A DNA stretch of 64,000 nt from an uncultured Lachnospiraceae bacterium (GCA_910586125.1 CAJUHP010000003.1:98552-162551), one strand, 5' to 3'; shown: positions 37,574-47,690, counted from the stretch's first letter. Notes: generated by a model not told the origin, from the letters alone. Made by a program: numbers and translations.

Positions 37574-38470
37574 ATGAATGGGTTAAAAAAGCTGGAACGC
37601 CGGTTTGGTAAGTATGCGATACCAAATCTGATGCTTTATGTCACGATTCTGTATGCGGCAGGCGTGGTTATCAGTCTGACATCGCCGGAGCTTTTGAGCG
37701 CTCTGGCTCTGGATTTCGGAAAGGTTTTGCACGGACAGGTCTGGAGGCTGGTAACGTTTATCATCTATCCGCCGCCCAGCAGTAATCTGCTTTTTGTGCT
37801 TCTGGCGCTCTATATGTATTATATGATGGGAACCAACCTGGAGCGGCACTGGGGGACGTTTGCTTTTAACCTGTATTTTTTTATGGGGATTCTGTTTCAT
37901 ATCGCCGGAGCAATACTGACTTGGCTTCTCTTTGGAGAGAGCTTTACTCTGGGCACATATTATCTGAATATGTCTCTGTTTTTTGCCTTTGTCACGGAGT
38001 TCTCCGAGGTGGAATTCCTTTTGTTTTTTATCATTCCGATTCGGGCGAAGTGGCTGGGCATCATTGATGGAATCTATTTCGGCGTGACCATTCTGGGAGG
38101 TCTGGCCGGTTATTTCAATCCGGCGATCTCCATGCGTCTGTTTAGTATGGGAATTATGGCGTTTCCCCAGAATGCCGTGGCAGCGCTGGTTTCCATGATG
38201 AATTATATTCTGTTTTTCTATCTGTACCGCCGAGGCTTCCGCCCTTCGCGGGCGCAGCGCCAGGCGCAGAAACAGTTCAAGGCACAGGTGATTCAGGCAC
38301 AGAGAAAACAGGCGGTCAAGGAGAGCGGACCAAGGCACCGCTGCGCCGTATGCGGGCGGACGGAACAGGATGATCCGTCGCTGGAATTCCGCTACTGTTC
38401 CCGGTGCGAGGGAGAATATGAGTATTGCCAAGAACATCTGTATACCCATCAGCATGTAAAAAAAGAATAG
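37574..38470 (+). CDS. rhomboid-like membrane protein lacking the catalytic motifs, with a C-terminal Cys/His module
   Basis: Rhomboid-like WRLVTFIIYPP...MGTNLERHWG opening, but no GxSG anywhere. C-terminal CxxC-x14-CxxC-x6-CxxH-x3-HxH. Confidence 0.5.
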   Translation: MNGLKKLERRFGKYAIPNLMLYVTILYAAGVVISLTSPELLSALALDFGKVLHGQVWRLVTFIIYPPPSSNLLFVLLALYMYYMMGTNLERHWGTFAFNLYFFMGILFHIAGAILTWLLFGESFTLGTYYLNMSLFFAFVTEFSEVEFLLFFIIPIRAKWLGIIDGIYFGVTILGGLAGYFNPAISMRLFSMGIMAFPQNAVAALVSMMNYILFFYLYRRGFRPSRAQRQAQKQFKAQVIQAQRKQAVKESGPRHRCAVCGRTEQDDPSLEFRYCSRCEGEYEYCQEHLYTHQHVKKE

Positions 38471-38488
38471 CAGGAGGAAGGAACAAAG

Positions 38489-39919
38489 ATGAAACGGACA
38501 AAAATTATCTGCACGCTTGGCCCCGCCACCGATAACGAAAAGGTGTTGGGAGCCTTGATCGATCACGGCATGGACGTGGCTCGGTTCAATTTTTCACACG
38601 GCAATCATGAAGAGCAGAAGGCGAGACTGGAACTGTTAAAGAGGGTCCGTGAGGAGAAGAACGTACCGGTGGCGGCGTTGCTGGATACCAAAGGACCGGA
38701 GATCCGCACGGGCCTGCTCAAAGACGGGGCCAAGAGTGTGACGCTTACGGCCGGTCAGGATTATACGCTTACCACCAGGGAGATCGAGGGCGACGAAACC
38801 GCAGGCTTTATCAACTATGCGGGGCTGCCGAAGGATGTGGAGGTAAACGACCGGATTCTGATTGACGACGGCCTGATTGAGCTGCGGGTAAAGGAGAAGA
38901 CCGACACAGACCTTCTCTGCCAGGTGATAAACGGCGGAACGCTGGGAACGCGCAAAGGGGTGAATATCCCCGGCGTCAAGGTCCGCCTTCCTGCCATTAC
39001 CGAGCAGGATAAGAAAGATATTTTGTTTGGCATCGAGAATGAGTTTGACTTTATCGCGGCCTCCTTTGTGCGTTCCGCCGAGTGCATTCTGGAGATCAAG
39101 GAAATTCTGATGGCTCATGGCTCCCGGATTAAGGTTATCGCCAAGATCGAGAATAAAGAGGGGATCGATAATTTTGAGGAGATCATGCGGGTGTCCGACG
39201 GCATTATGGTGGCCAGAGGCGACATGGGTGTGGAGATTGCCCCGGAACAGCTTCCTTATCTTCAAAAAAAGATGATTCATATGTGCAACGATGCCTTTAA
39301 ACCGGTTATTACCGCGACGCAGATGCTGGACTCCATGATCCGCAATCCCCGTCCCACCAGAGCGGAGGTCTCCGATGTGGCCAACGCAATTTATGACGGA
39401 ACGGATGTGGTTATGCTGTCCGGTGAGACAGCCATGGGGAAATATCCGGTGGAGGCGCTGTCCATGATGGGGCAGATTGCCGAGAGCACGGAGTTTCATC
39501 TGAACTACGATGAGATCCTTTTGGAAAAAGCGGGGCACCGCAGCAGCGGCATTTCCTCGGCGGTGGCCTATGCGACCGTGACGACAGCGCAGAATCTGGG
39601 AGCCAATGCGATTATTGCGCCGACGATGTCCGGCGATACGCCCCGCATCGTCTCGGCATTCCGCCCGGAGGCGTCGATTATTGCAACGTCACCGAATGCG
39701 CAGGTGCTGCGGCAGATGCAGTTGATCTGGGGAGTGAAAGCGATCTATGCACCGTATCGGACCAGCAGCGACGAGGTGGTGGAGAGCTCCATCGAGCTGG
39801 CAAAACTTCGTCAGTTGGTGAACGTGGGGGATCTCGTGATCCTGACCGCGGGAATGACTGGAAATAATGACAGGGGAAGCGGCGTTACCAATGCGATGCG
39901 CGTGGTGATGGTAAAATAA
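38489..39919 (+). CDS. pyk: pyruvate kinase
   Basis: MKRTKIICTLGPA, DVARFNFSHG, MVARGDMGVEI, TQMLDSM; 476 aa. Confidence 0.95.
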   Translation: MKRTKIICTLGPATDNEKVLGALIDHGMDVARFNFSHGNHEEQKARLELLKRVREEKNVPVAALLDTKGPEIRTGLLKDGAKSVTLTAGQDYTLTTREIEGDETAGFINYAGLPKDVEVNDRILIDDGLIELRVKEKTDTDLLCQVINGGTLGTRKGVNIPGVKVRLPAITEQDKKDILFGIENEFDFIAASFVRSAECILEIKEILMAHGSRIKVIAKIENKEGIDNFEEIMRVSDGIMVARGDMGVEIAPEQLPYLQKKMIHMCNDAFKPVITATQMLDSMIRNPRPTRAEVSDVANAIYDGTDVVMLSGETAMGKYPVEALSMMGQIAESTEFHLNYDEILLEKAGHRSSGISSAVAYATVTTAQNLGANAIIAPTMSGDTPRIVSAFRPEASIIATSPNAQVLRQMQLIWGVKAIYAPYRTSSDEVVESSIELAKLRQLVNVGDLVILTAGMTGNNDRGSGVTNAMRVVMVK

Positions 39920-39946
39920 AAGACGCCGATGCCGGGAGCGCAGGCG

Positions 39947-40000
39947 GCGCCGGACCTTGGGCTGTTGGCTGTAAGGTCCGGCGCGCTCGCTTTTTATTTT
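39947..40000. terminator. bidirectional terminator between pyk and the convergent small gene
   Basis: An 11-bp stem, GCGCCGGACCT / AGGTCCGGCGC, then a T-rich tract at 39991-40000. Confidence 0.65.
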
Positions 40001-40039
40001 GGGGCGTTCTGCTGCCCTTTGCCGTTTGGCGCAGGGCGG

Positions 40040-40477
40040 CTACTGGGGGGCGGCTTTGTTCAGAGCGGCCTGAACGGCCTTCAGCAGAATGTAGGCTGTG
40101 TACTTGGTGTTTTCGGCGTAGCTGATGTTTTCGGTGGATTGGTTTTCCAGGATCTGGCTGGACAGGGACTCCAGGGTGGGCTCCATCAGGGGGTACATGG
40201 TGGCGATGGTGTCATCCAGATTAACCAGACGGATATCGGTGATCCGGGCGGCGTCAACGATGACCTCGACATCCAGATTCTGGCTTCCCAACGCCAAGGA
40301 GGCGGTGTAGACGCCGGGTATGTAGGCGGAGGCTTCCGCAGCGGTGGGGGTGTCTTTCTTGCCGCCGTGGAACATGGCCAGGAAAATGACTACCAATAGC
40401 AGCGCCAGGCCCACAAAGATTCCTGTGTAGATCAGCTCTTTCATCCGCAATACTACAATTTTTGTTTTTGCGCTCAT
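40040..40477 (-). CDS. membrane-anchored protein with an FMN_bind-like domain lacking the SGAT site (tentative)
   Basis: An N-terminal TM anchor, then GVYTASLALGSQNLDVEVIVDAARITDIRLV...ILENQS...AVQAAL, which follows the FMN_bind pattern except for the flavinylation motif. SD GGAGGG before ATG 40477. Confidence 0.4.
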   Translation of the reverse strand: MSAKTKIVVLRMKELIYTGIFVGLALLLVVIFLAMFHGGKKDTPTAAEASAYIPGVYTASLALGSQNLDVEVIVDAARITDIRLVNLDDTIATMYPLMEPTLESLSSQILENQSTENISYAENTKYTAYILLKAVQAALNKAAPQ

Positions 40478-40678
40478 AAAACCCTCCAAAGGTTTTTTAT
40501 ATACTTTATGAACATCCCTGACAATCCATGCAAAAATTATAGTAAAGAAATAAATTGCATTTCCTGTATTCTTATGTTATGCTGGAAATGTTTAAAAAAG
40601 GAAGGTTCAGACACGTTCTGAAGAGATAACGGCAATCTGTATTTTGACATTTTGAAAGGAACGAACGAGGAGGAAACG

Positions 40679-41920
40679 ATGTTTGCATTTGAGGAAGTAA
40701 GTACTTTTGATCCGGAACTGGCAGAGGCGATGTCGCAGGAGCTTGCAAGGCAGCGCCGCAATATTGAACTGATCGCGTCGGAGAACTTGGTCAGCCGCGC
40801 GGTTATGGCGGCGATGGGAAGCCACTTGACCAACAAATACGCGGAAGGGTATCCCGGCAAGCGGTATTACGGCGGCTGTGAGTATGTGGATGTGGTGGAG
40901 AATCTGGCAATCGACCGCGCGAAGCGGCTGTTTGGCTGTGAATATGCCAATGTGCAGCCGCATTCCGGCGCGCAGGCAAATCTGGCTGTTTATTTTGCCA
41001 TGTGTAAGCCCGGCGACACGATTATGGGCATGAGTCTGGATCAGGGCGGACATCTGACGCACGGGAGTCCGGTGAATATGTCGGGCGCGTATTACCATTT
41101 TGTGTCATACGGCGTGGACGAGAGCGGGTTTTTGGATTATGAACAGATTCTGGAGACAGCCAAGGAGTGCAGGCCCAGACTGATTGTGGCGGGAGCGAGC
41201 GCGTATCCGCGCCGGATCGATTTTAAACGTTTTCGGGAGATTGCCGATGAGGTTGGCGCTTATCTGATGGTGGACATGGCCCACATAGCAGGGCTGGTGG
41301 CTGCCGGGGTTCACGAGAGTCCGATCCCGTATGCGCATGTGACGACGACGACGACGCACAAGACGCTCAGAGGACCGAGAGGCGGCATGATCCTTTCCAG
41401 CGAAGAGAGTGCAAAGCAGTTTAACTTTAATAAGGCCATTTTCCCCGGTACGCAGGGCGGTCCTCTGGAGCATGTGATCGCGGCCAAGGCCGTCTGCTTG
41501 AAGGAGGCGCTGCAGCCGGAGTTTCAGGAGTATGGGCGGCAGGTGGTGAAGAATGCGGCGGCTTTGGCCGACGCGCTTGTGGCGGAGGGATTTGATTTGG
41601 TTTCCGGCGGCACCGACAACCATCTGATGCTGGTGAACCTTTTGCGCAAGGGCGTCACGGGCAAGGCTACAGAGAAATTGCTGGATTCGGTTCATATTAC
41701 CTGCAATAAGAACGCGATCCCGAACGATCCGGCCAGTCCTTTTGTCACCAGCGGCATCCGTCTGGGGACGCCGGCTGTCACGACCAGGGGAATGACCCAG
41801 GAAGATATGAAGGTGATTGCCCATGCGATTGCACTGGCGGTGGAGAAGCCGGAAGAAGGCGGCGAGGAGGCGGCGGCTCTGGTGAAGACGCTGACGGACA
41901 AATATCCTTTGTACGAGTAA
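40679..41920 (+). CDS. glyA: serine hydroxymethyltransferase
   Basis: [41 protein letters not shown] (PLP lysine). SD GAGGAGG. Confidence 0.95.
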   Translation: MFAFEEVSTFDPELAEAMSQELARQRRNIELIASENLVSRAVMAAMGSHLTNKYAEGYPGKRYYGGCEYVDVVENLAIDRAKRLFGCEYANVQPHSGAQANLAVYFAMCKPGDTIMGMSLDQGGHLTHGSPVNMSGAYYHFVSYGVDESGFLDYEQILETAKECRPRLIVAGASAYPRRIDFKRFREIADEVGAYLMVDMAHIAGLVAAGVHESPIPYAHVTTTTTHKTLRGPRGGMILSSEESAKQFNFNKAIFPGTQGGPLEHVIAAKAVCLKEALQPEFQEYGRQVVKNAAALADALVAEGFDLVSGGTDNHLMLVNLLRKGVTGKATEKLLDSVHITCNKNAIPNDPASPFVTSGIRLGTPAVTTRGMTQEDMKVIAHAIALAVEKPEEGGEEAAALVKTLTDKYPLYE

Positions 41921-41958
41921 ATGCGGAGTGTGAATATTTTTTTAAACTTATGAAAATC

Positions 41959-41992
41959 AGGGCGGCCTGCGTTGACATAGGCCGCCTTTTTT
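41959..41992 (+). terminator. glyA terminator
   Basis: Stem GGCGGCCT / AGGCCGCC followed by T6. Overlaps the -35/spacer of the next promoter. Confidence 0.75.
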
Positions 41993-42001
41993 GTGTATAA
42001 T
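41972..42001 (+). promoter_or_regulatory. promoter (TTGACA-18-TATAAT)
   Basis: Hexamers at 41972-41977 and 41996-42001, upstream of the cadherin-like gene. Confidence 0.55.
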
Positions 42002-42095
42002 GGTATTCAATGTGATTGGGAAAACAGATGAAAGGATTCAGAAGGCTGCCCGAAATTGTGTTTGTCTTTCGGCAGCGTTTTTGTGAGGAATACAT

Positions 42096-43454
42096 ATGAA
42101 GAAGAGAGTTCGTACGCTTATTTTTTTGGCCGTATTTATACTGTGTGCGGCGGGTACTGCCGGATTGTCCAGTGCGGAGCCGGAGAATACCGCGCCGGCG
42201 GAGGAGACTGCGGATCCAGCGTCGGACAATTGCCTCTCATCTCTGCGCATTGCCCAGGCGATTTTAAGTCCGGAATTTTCTCCGGAGCAGCTCACATATA
42301 CGGCCACGGTTCCGTATGACGTGACGAGGATTGCACTGACGGCGGACACTCGCTCCGGCCAGGCCAAAAAGGTGATCAGCGGAACAGGCGATCTGGCGGT
42401 AGGAGAAAATACGGTTACGATTGCGGTGACGGCACAGGACGGCTCCGTTCGGGAATACCGGGTCACGGTAATTCGGGAGGAGACGGAGGGAGGAGAGTCG
42501 TCATCTTTTGAGGAGACGACGGAACAGGCGTCGTCGGAAGAGACAGAGAGCGAGCCGGTTACAGAGTCTTCGGAGGAACAGCCCGCGACGGAATCGGAAG
42601 CACAGACGACGGCTCTGACACAGACGGAGGAACCGGCAGAGACGCCGGCGCAGACAGAGGAACCGGCACAGACATCGCCACAGACAGAAGAAGCGGTCGA
42701 AACGACGGCCGTATTACAGACGGAGGAATCATCTGAGACAACGGCGCCGGGCGGTTTTCAGACAGCGGCGAGCAGTCAGAAAAAAGGAGATGGCCGTCTG
42801 TTTGGCATGAATCCGCTGCTTTTGATTTTGGGAGCTGTCAGCCTTCTGCTTTTGTTTGTCATTATCGCTGTTTTTCTTTTGCGCAGGGAAATTGACGGAG
42901 AGGATGACGAGGAGGAAGAGTTCGACGAGGACGAAGAGGTTGGCGAGGAGGAAGACGTCAGACGGGGCGAGTATGACAGGGAAGAGCCTGCCGCCCGTGA
43001 GAGAGGCGCCAAACCGACTGGTTCGGATGACAGGGATATAGAACGGGAAAGCCGCAGCAGAAGCGCCAAGCCTTCCGAGCATGACAGGAGAACCAAACCG
43101 GCGGCGCCTGCAAAGAGCGGTGGAGAGAGCAGAAAACCGGCAGGCAGCAGGAACACCGGCTTAGACCGCGGCGGGAATGCTCGAGAACAAAATGGTGACG
43201 TTCACAGCAGCGGGAAACCCAAAAGTGCAGGGAAGGATGCCGATGCAGCCGGCATGGTGACGCCGGAGGAGCTGGCTCGTTTTTACCATGCGCTGAATCT
43301 GGAAGAGGAGGTTATGCCCTCTGCCTCTTCGCGTTCGGTTTCCGGTGATTTGGATGAGGATTTGGAGATTCTGGATCTGGAGGAGGAAATGGTCTCTGAC
43401 GTTTCCCGTTCAGAGCTTGAGAAGGATGATGATTTCGATTTTCTGGATTTGTGA
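42096..43454 (+). CDS. secreted/membrane-anchored protein with a cadherin-like beta-sandwich domain, a Thr/Glu/Pro repeat linker, a TM helix and an acidic cytoplasmic tail
   Basis: Signal peptide. LSSLRIAQAILSPEFSPEQLTYTATVPYDVTRIALTA...VTIAVTAQDGSVREYRVTV. Low-complexity QTEEPA repeats. A TM helix at about aa 240-262. Asp/Glu-rich C-terminus. Confidence 0.6.
   Translation: MKKRVRTLIFLAVFILCAAGTAGLSSAEPENTAPAEETADPASDNCLSSLRIAQAILSPEFSPEQLTYTATVPYDVTRIALTADTRSGQAKKVISGTGDLAVGENTVTIAVTAQDGSVREYRVTVIREETEGGESSSFEETTEQASSEETESEPVTESSEEQPATESEAQTTALTQTEEPAETPAQTEEPAQTSPQTEEAVETTAVLQTEESSETTAPGGFQTAASSQKKGDGRLFGMNPLLLILGAVSLLLLFVIIAVFLLRREIDGEDDEEEEFDEDEEVGEEEDVRRGEYDREEPAARERGAKPTGSDDRDIERESRSRSAKPSEHDRRTKPAAPAKSGGESRKPAGSRNTGLDRGGNAREQNGDVHSSGKPKSAGKDADAAGMVTPEELARFYHALNLEEEVMPSASSRSVSGDLDEDLEILDLEEEMVSDVSRSELEKDDDFDFLDL
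42621..42745 (+). repeat. four degenerate ~30-nt in-frame tandem repeats (CAGACRGARGAA...) encoding QTEEPAxTPA
   Basis: Unit starts at 42621, 42651, 42681 and 42715. Confidence 0.7.
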
Positions 43455-43520
43455 TCTTTCTTTTGATTTGTATGAATGGAAGCTTCTCTTCAGAATATCC
43501 TATTTATTGGAGGCGATGAT

Positions 43521-44189
43521 ATGTTGTGTGAAAAATGTAAGATTCGGGAAGCCAACATCCGATATACGGAAGTCATAAACGGTGTGGCTACAGAACATAA
43601 CCTTTGCAGCCACTGTGCGAAGGAGATGGATTTCGGGCAATATACCGGCCTGGCCGGTTTGTTTGATTCCGAATATCCGATTGGCAAGCTGTTATCCCAG
43701 CTTTTGGGACTGGGAGAGGGAGATGCGTCCAGGCCGGCAGGGAAAATGGAGAATCTTGTCTGTCCCACCTGCCAGACAAGTTATGGCGATTTTGTAAAGA
43801 ACAGCCAGTTCGGCTGCCCGGACTGTTATCATATGTTTGATCTGCTGATCAGCGACAAGCTGAAACAGCTTCATGGCAGCGATACCCATACAGGAAAGCG
43901 GCCGGCCGGCAAGGAAACAGAGGGAAAAGAAACCATCTTGGAAAAACCTTTAAGTCTCTCGGAGCGCACAGAGCTTCTTCGTTCAAAACTGAAGGAAGCG
44001 GTTTTGGAAGAAGACTATGAGGCGGCGGCGGCCTACCGCGACGAGATACGAGCCCTTGAGAAAGCGGCGCAGAAAAAAGGAACCAAAACCACGGCTGTGA
44101 AAGAGAAGCCGGAAGAAGGCGGGAAGGAAGCCTCCCTGCGGGAGAGCGTTCTGCGCAGGGAAACGCCGCCGGAGGAGGAAGAAGGATGA
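43521..44189 (+). CDS. mcsA: protein arginine kinase activator McsA (UvrB/C-motif protein)
   Basis: N-terminal CxxC zinc-finger pairs (MLCEKCK..., CSHC, CPTC, CPDC) and the UVR motif EEDYEAAAAYRDEIRALE. The stop overlaps the mcsB start. Confidence 0.8.
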   Translation: MLCEKCKIREANIRYTEVINGVATEHNLCSHCAKEMDFGQYTGLAGLFDSEYPIGKLLSQLLGLGEGDASRPAGKMENLVCPTCQTSYGDFVKNSQFGCPDCYHMFDLLISDKLKQLHGSDTHTGKRPAGKETEGKETILEKPLSLSERTELLRSKLKEAVLEEDYEAAAAYRDEIRALEKAAQKKGTKTTAVKEKPEEGGKEASLRESVLRRETPPEEEEG

Positions 44190-45220
44190 CGAAGTGGTAT
44201 GAAGAGACCGATCAGATGCATGATGTCTTCGTCATGAAACGTCTGCGGCTGGTGCGAAATATCGAGGGGCGCGTGTTTCCCGGACGGTTGAGCGGGGAAG
44301 AGCGCCTGCGGCTTCTTGGGGAACTGGAGCAGAATCTGCTGCCCTTGGGGGAGGAGGACAAAGCTTCCTATACTTACCGCCGGCTGCATGAGATGGACGA
44401 GACCAGCCTGCACGCGCTCTACGAGAGAAGGCTGATCAATTACAGCCGCCTGGAGGAAAAAGCGCCGGCCGGCCTGGCCGTATCGCCGGATGAATCCATC
44501 AGCCTGCTTGTCGGCGGGGAAGACCACATTCGCCTGCAGTGTCTGTCCAGCAGCCAGACGCTGGACAACATGTGGAAACGTCTGGGGCCGGTGGATGACA
44601 TGCTGGGAGAGCGGGTTCCCTATGCCTTTGATGAAAAATACGGATATCTGACGACATTTTTGACCAATGTAGGCACCGGGCTTCGGGCCAGCGTGCTGCT
44701 GCATCTGCCCATGCTGTCGAGCGGAAATCAGTTTCGTAAGCTGGTACAGGAGTACAGCCGTTTCGGCATCTCGGTCAAAGGGATGTCCGGCGACAGCAAC
44801 GAAAATTTCGGCGGCCTCTACGAAGTGAAAAATCAGAAAACACTGGGGCAGACAGAGGAAGAATTGATTGCTCTGGTATCCCAGGCGGCTGGCCAGCTAG
44901 CGGCACAGGAGCGCAAAGTCAAGGCTTTGGCGCTTCGCAGTCATCGCCTGCAGATGGAGGACGAGGTTTATAAATCTTACGGCGTTCTGAAATACGCCAG
45001 AAAGCTTTCCTATAAAGAAGGAATGACCTATCTGTCTCAGCTTCGGCTGGGATTATGTGAGAACCTGCTGCAGTCGGAAAAACCGGTGAACCTCTTTGGC
45101 ATTATGCTGAATATTCGGCCGGCAAATCTGAAGCAGGGGCGGGGCGAGAAGCTGGAGGGCGATGCCCTGGACGAAGCCAGAGCCCAATATATCCGGGAGC
45201 GCCTGCCGGAAATCCGATAA
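44186..45220 (+). CDS. mcsB: protein arginine kinase McsB
   Basis: Phosphagen-kinase core GEEDHIRLQ, LTNVGTGLRASV, EVKNQKTLG. Confidence 0.9.
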   Translation: MTKWYEETDQMHDVFVMKRLRLVRNIEGRVFPGRLSGEERLRLLGELEQNLLPLGEEDKASYTYRRLHEMDETSLHALYERRLINYSRLEEKAPAGLAVSPDESISLLVGGEDHIRLQCLSSSQTLDNMWKRLGPVDDMLGERVPYAFDEKYGYLTTFLTNVGTGLRASVLLHLPMLSSGNQFRKLVQEYSRFGISVKGMSGDSNENFGGLYEVKNQKTLGQTEEELIALVSQAAGQLAAQERKVKALALRSHRLQMEDEVYKSYGVLKYARKLSYKEGMTYLSQLRLGLCENLLQSEKPVNLFGIMLNIRPANLKQGRGEKLEGDALDEARAQYIRERLPEIR

Positions 45221-45230
45221 GGAGGAGACT

Positions 45231-47690
45231 ATGAAGGAACGATTTACCAATAAGGCCAGACAGGCATTGGAGATAGCGGCCACAGAAGCCGGGGAATTCG
45301 GCCACAATTATGTCGGGACCGAACATCTGCTCTTGGGGCTTTTAGAGGAGGGAAACGGCGTGGCAGCCCGGACGCTGGAATCGCATCATGTGACGGCGGA
45401 GAAGGTCAGCGACCTGATCAATCAACTGATCGCGCCGGCCAACCCGGTTCATACCATGGACCCCGGCGGCTATTCGCCCAAGGCCAGACGGGTGCTGGAA
45501 AACAGTTATCGGGAGGCGGCGCAGTTCAAATCGCAGTTGATTGGTACCGAGCATATCCTGATTGCCATGATTAAAGAGAGCGACTGCGTGGCGGCCAGAC
45601 TGCTAAATACGCTGAACGTCAATATTCAGAAATTGTATGTGGATCTGCTGGTGGCGATGGGCCAGGATGTTTCCGCTTACCGGGACGAAGTGGAAAACAC
45701 ACGCCGAAGAGACCGAAACAGCAGCACGCCGACGCTGGACCGCTACAGCCGGGATTTGACGGTCTTAGCCAAGGAGGGGAAGCTTGACCCGGTGATTGGC
45801 AGGGAAAAGGAGATCGAGAGAGTGATCCAGATCCTGAGCCGCCGCACAAAGAATAATCCCTGCCTGATCGGAGAGCCGGGCGTGGGTAAGACCGCCATTG
45901 CAGAAGGACTGGCCTCGGAGATCATACGAGGAAATGTGCCGGATACCGTTAAGGGCAAGCGGGTGCTGACTCTGGATTTGTCCGGTATGGTGGCCGGCTC
46001 CAAATACCGGGGCGAATTTGAAGAGCGCATCAAGAGAGTAGTCAGCGAAGTGATCCAGAGCAAAAATGTGCTTCTGTTTCTGGATGAGATTCACACGATT
46101 ATTGGAGCGGGCGGCGCGGAGGGAGCGATTGACGCCGCCAGCATTCTGAAACCGTCTCTGGCCAGAGGCGAGATTCAGCTAATCGGCGCCACAACGATTG
46201 ACGAATACCGCAAACATATTGAGAAGGATGCCGCCCTGGAACGGCGTTTCCAGCCGGTTGTGGTGGAAGAGCCCTCTGAGGAGCAGACGATAGAGATCTT
46301 AAAGGGTCTGCGCAAGAGCTATGAGGATCATCATCAGGTGACGATTACGGACGAGGCTCTGGAGACGGCCGTCCGTCTGTCAGCCCGCTATATCAATGAC
46401 CGTTTTCTGCCGGATAAGGCCATTGACCTGATCGACGAGGCGTCGTCAAAGGTACGGCTGACCACGTTTGTGGAGCCGGAAGAGATTGCAAAGCTGGACG
46501 GAGAGATTGCGAAGCTGGAGAAAGACAAGGAGCAGGCCGTCAAGAAAGAGGCGTTTGAAAAGGCAGGAGAAATCAAGAAGAAACAGGAGAAAAAGCGAGA
46601 GAAGAAACAGAAGCTTTTGGCGGCCTGGGAGCGGGAAAAGACAGAGAAGAAGCTGTCTGTCACGGAGAACGAGATCGCGGGTATTGTTTCCGGCTGGACC
46701 AAAATCCCGGTACAGAAGCTGGAAGAGGGAGAGAGCAGAAGGCTCATGAATCTGGAGAAGATTCTGCATGGGCGGGTAGTCGGCCAGGAGGATGCCGTCA
46801 CAGCGGTAGCCAAAGCAATCCGCCGCGGCCGCGTTGGACTGAAGGACCCGAAACGGCCCATCGGCTCCTTTCTGTTTTTGGGTCCCACCGGCGTGGGTAA
46901 GACTGAATTGTCCCGCGCGCTGGCGGAGGCTTTGTTCGGAAAAGAATCCGCGCTGATCCGCGTGGATATGTCCGAGTATATGGAAAAACACAGCGTATCC
47001 AAGATGATCGGTTCCCCTCCGGGTTATGTGGGCTACGACGAGGGGGGCCAGCTCAGCGAGAAAGTACGCCGAAACCCCTACTCGGTGATTTTGTTTGACG
47101 AGATTGAAAAGGCACATCCGGATGTGTTTAACATCTTACTGCAGGTACTGGACGACGGTCATGTGACGGACGCCCAGGGACGAAAGGTTAATTTTAAAAA
47201 TACGGTGCTGATCATGACATCCAATGCCGGCGCCCAGAATATTGTGGAACCCAAACGGCTTGGCTTTGCTGCCGTAACCAGTGAAGAAGAGAATTACAAG
47301 CGCATGAAGTCGGGTGTTATGGATGAAGTGCGCCGGATTTTCAAGCCGGAGTTTTTGAACCGTATCGACGAAACCATTGTATTCCATGCCCTGACTAAGA
47401 AGGATATGGGAGAGATCGTGAACATCATGCTGGATACCATGAAAGAGAGGATCGGCAGCCAGATGTCCATCGGTCTGGAAGTAGACCAGGCGGCAAAGGA
47501 TTTCCTGGTAAACAAGGGGTACGACGAAAAATACGGAGCCAGACCGCTCAGGCGCACGCTGCAGAACGAGATTGAAGATCGTCTGGCGGAGGAAATTCTG
47601 GAAGGCAGGATTCAAAACGGAGACGCCGTATTTGTCACTTGTGAAGAAGACAAGTTAACATTCAGGAGGAAAGAAAGATGTCAGTCGTAA
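45231..47690 (+). CDS. clpC: ATP-dependent Clp protease ATP-binding subunit ClpC
   Basis: Clp N repeats, two AAA+ modules (GEPGVGKTA and GPTGVGKTE) and a UVR linker. SD AAGGAGGA. Confidence 0.95.
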   Translation: MKERFTNKARQALEIAATEAGEFGHNYVGTEHLLLGLLEEGNGVAARTLESHHVTAEKVSDLINQLIAPANPVHTMDPGGYSPKARRVLENSYREAAQFKSQLIGTEHILIAMIKESDCVAARLLNTLNVNIQKLYVDLLVAMGQDVSAYRDEVENTRRRDRNSSTPTLDRYSRDLTVLAKEGKLDPVIGREKEIERVIQILSRRTKNNPCLIGEPGVGKTAIAEGLASEIIRGNVPDTVKGKRVLTLDLSGMVAGSKYRGEFEERIKRVVSEVIQSKNVLLFLDEIHTIIGAGGAEGAIDAASILKPSLARGEIQLIGATTIDEYRKHIEKDAALERRFQPVVVEEPSEEQTIEILKGLRKSYEDHHQVTITDEALETAVRLSARYINDRFLPDKAIDLIDEASSKVRLTTFVEPEEIAKLDGEIAKLEKDKEQAVKKEAFEKAGEIKKKQEKKREKKQKLLAAWEREKTEKKLSVTENEIAGIVSGWTKIPVQKLEEGESRRLMNLEKILHGRVVGQEDAVTAVAKAIRRGRVGLKDPKRPIGSFLFLGPTGVGKTELSRALAEALFGKESALIRVDMSEYMEKHSVSKMIGSPPGYVGYDEGGQLSEKVRRNPYSVILFDEIEKAHPDVFNILLQVLDDGHVTDAQGRKVNFKNTVLIMTSNAGAQNIVEPKRLGFAAVTSEEENYKRMKSGVMDEVRRIFKPEFLNRIDETIVFHALTKKDMGEIVNIMLDTMKERIGSQMSIGLEVDQAAKDFLVNKGYDEKYGARPLRRTLQNEIEDRLAEEILEGRIQNGDAVFVTCEEDKLTFRRKERCQS

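Noticed and set aside
43455-43520. A CtsR operator (tandem GGTCAAA) or CIRCE element upstream of mcsA, and likewise in 41921-42095.
   Set aside because: No GGTCAAA/TTTGACC direct repeat and no TTAGCACTC-N9-GAGTGCTAA is present. Only an 8-bp GAAGCTTC palindrome is there, which is too short to call.
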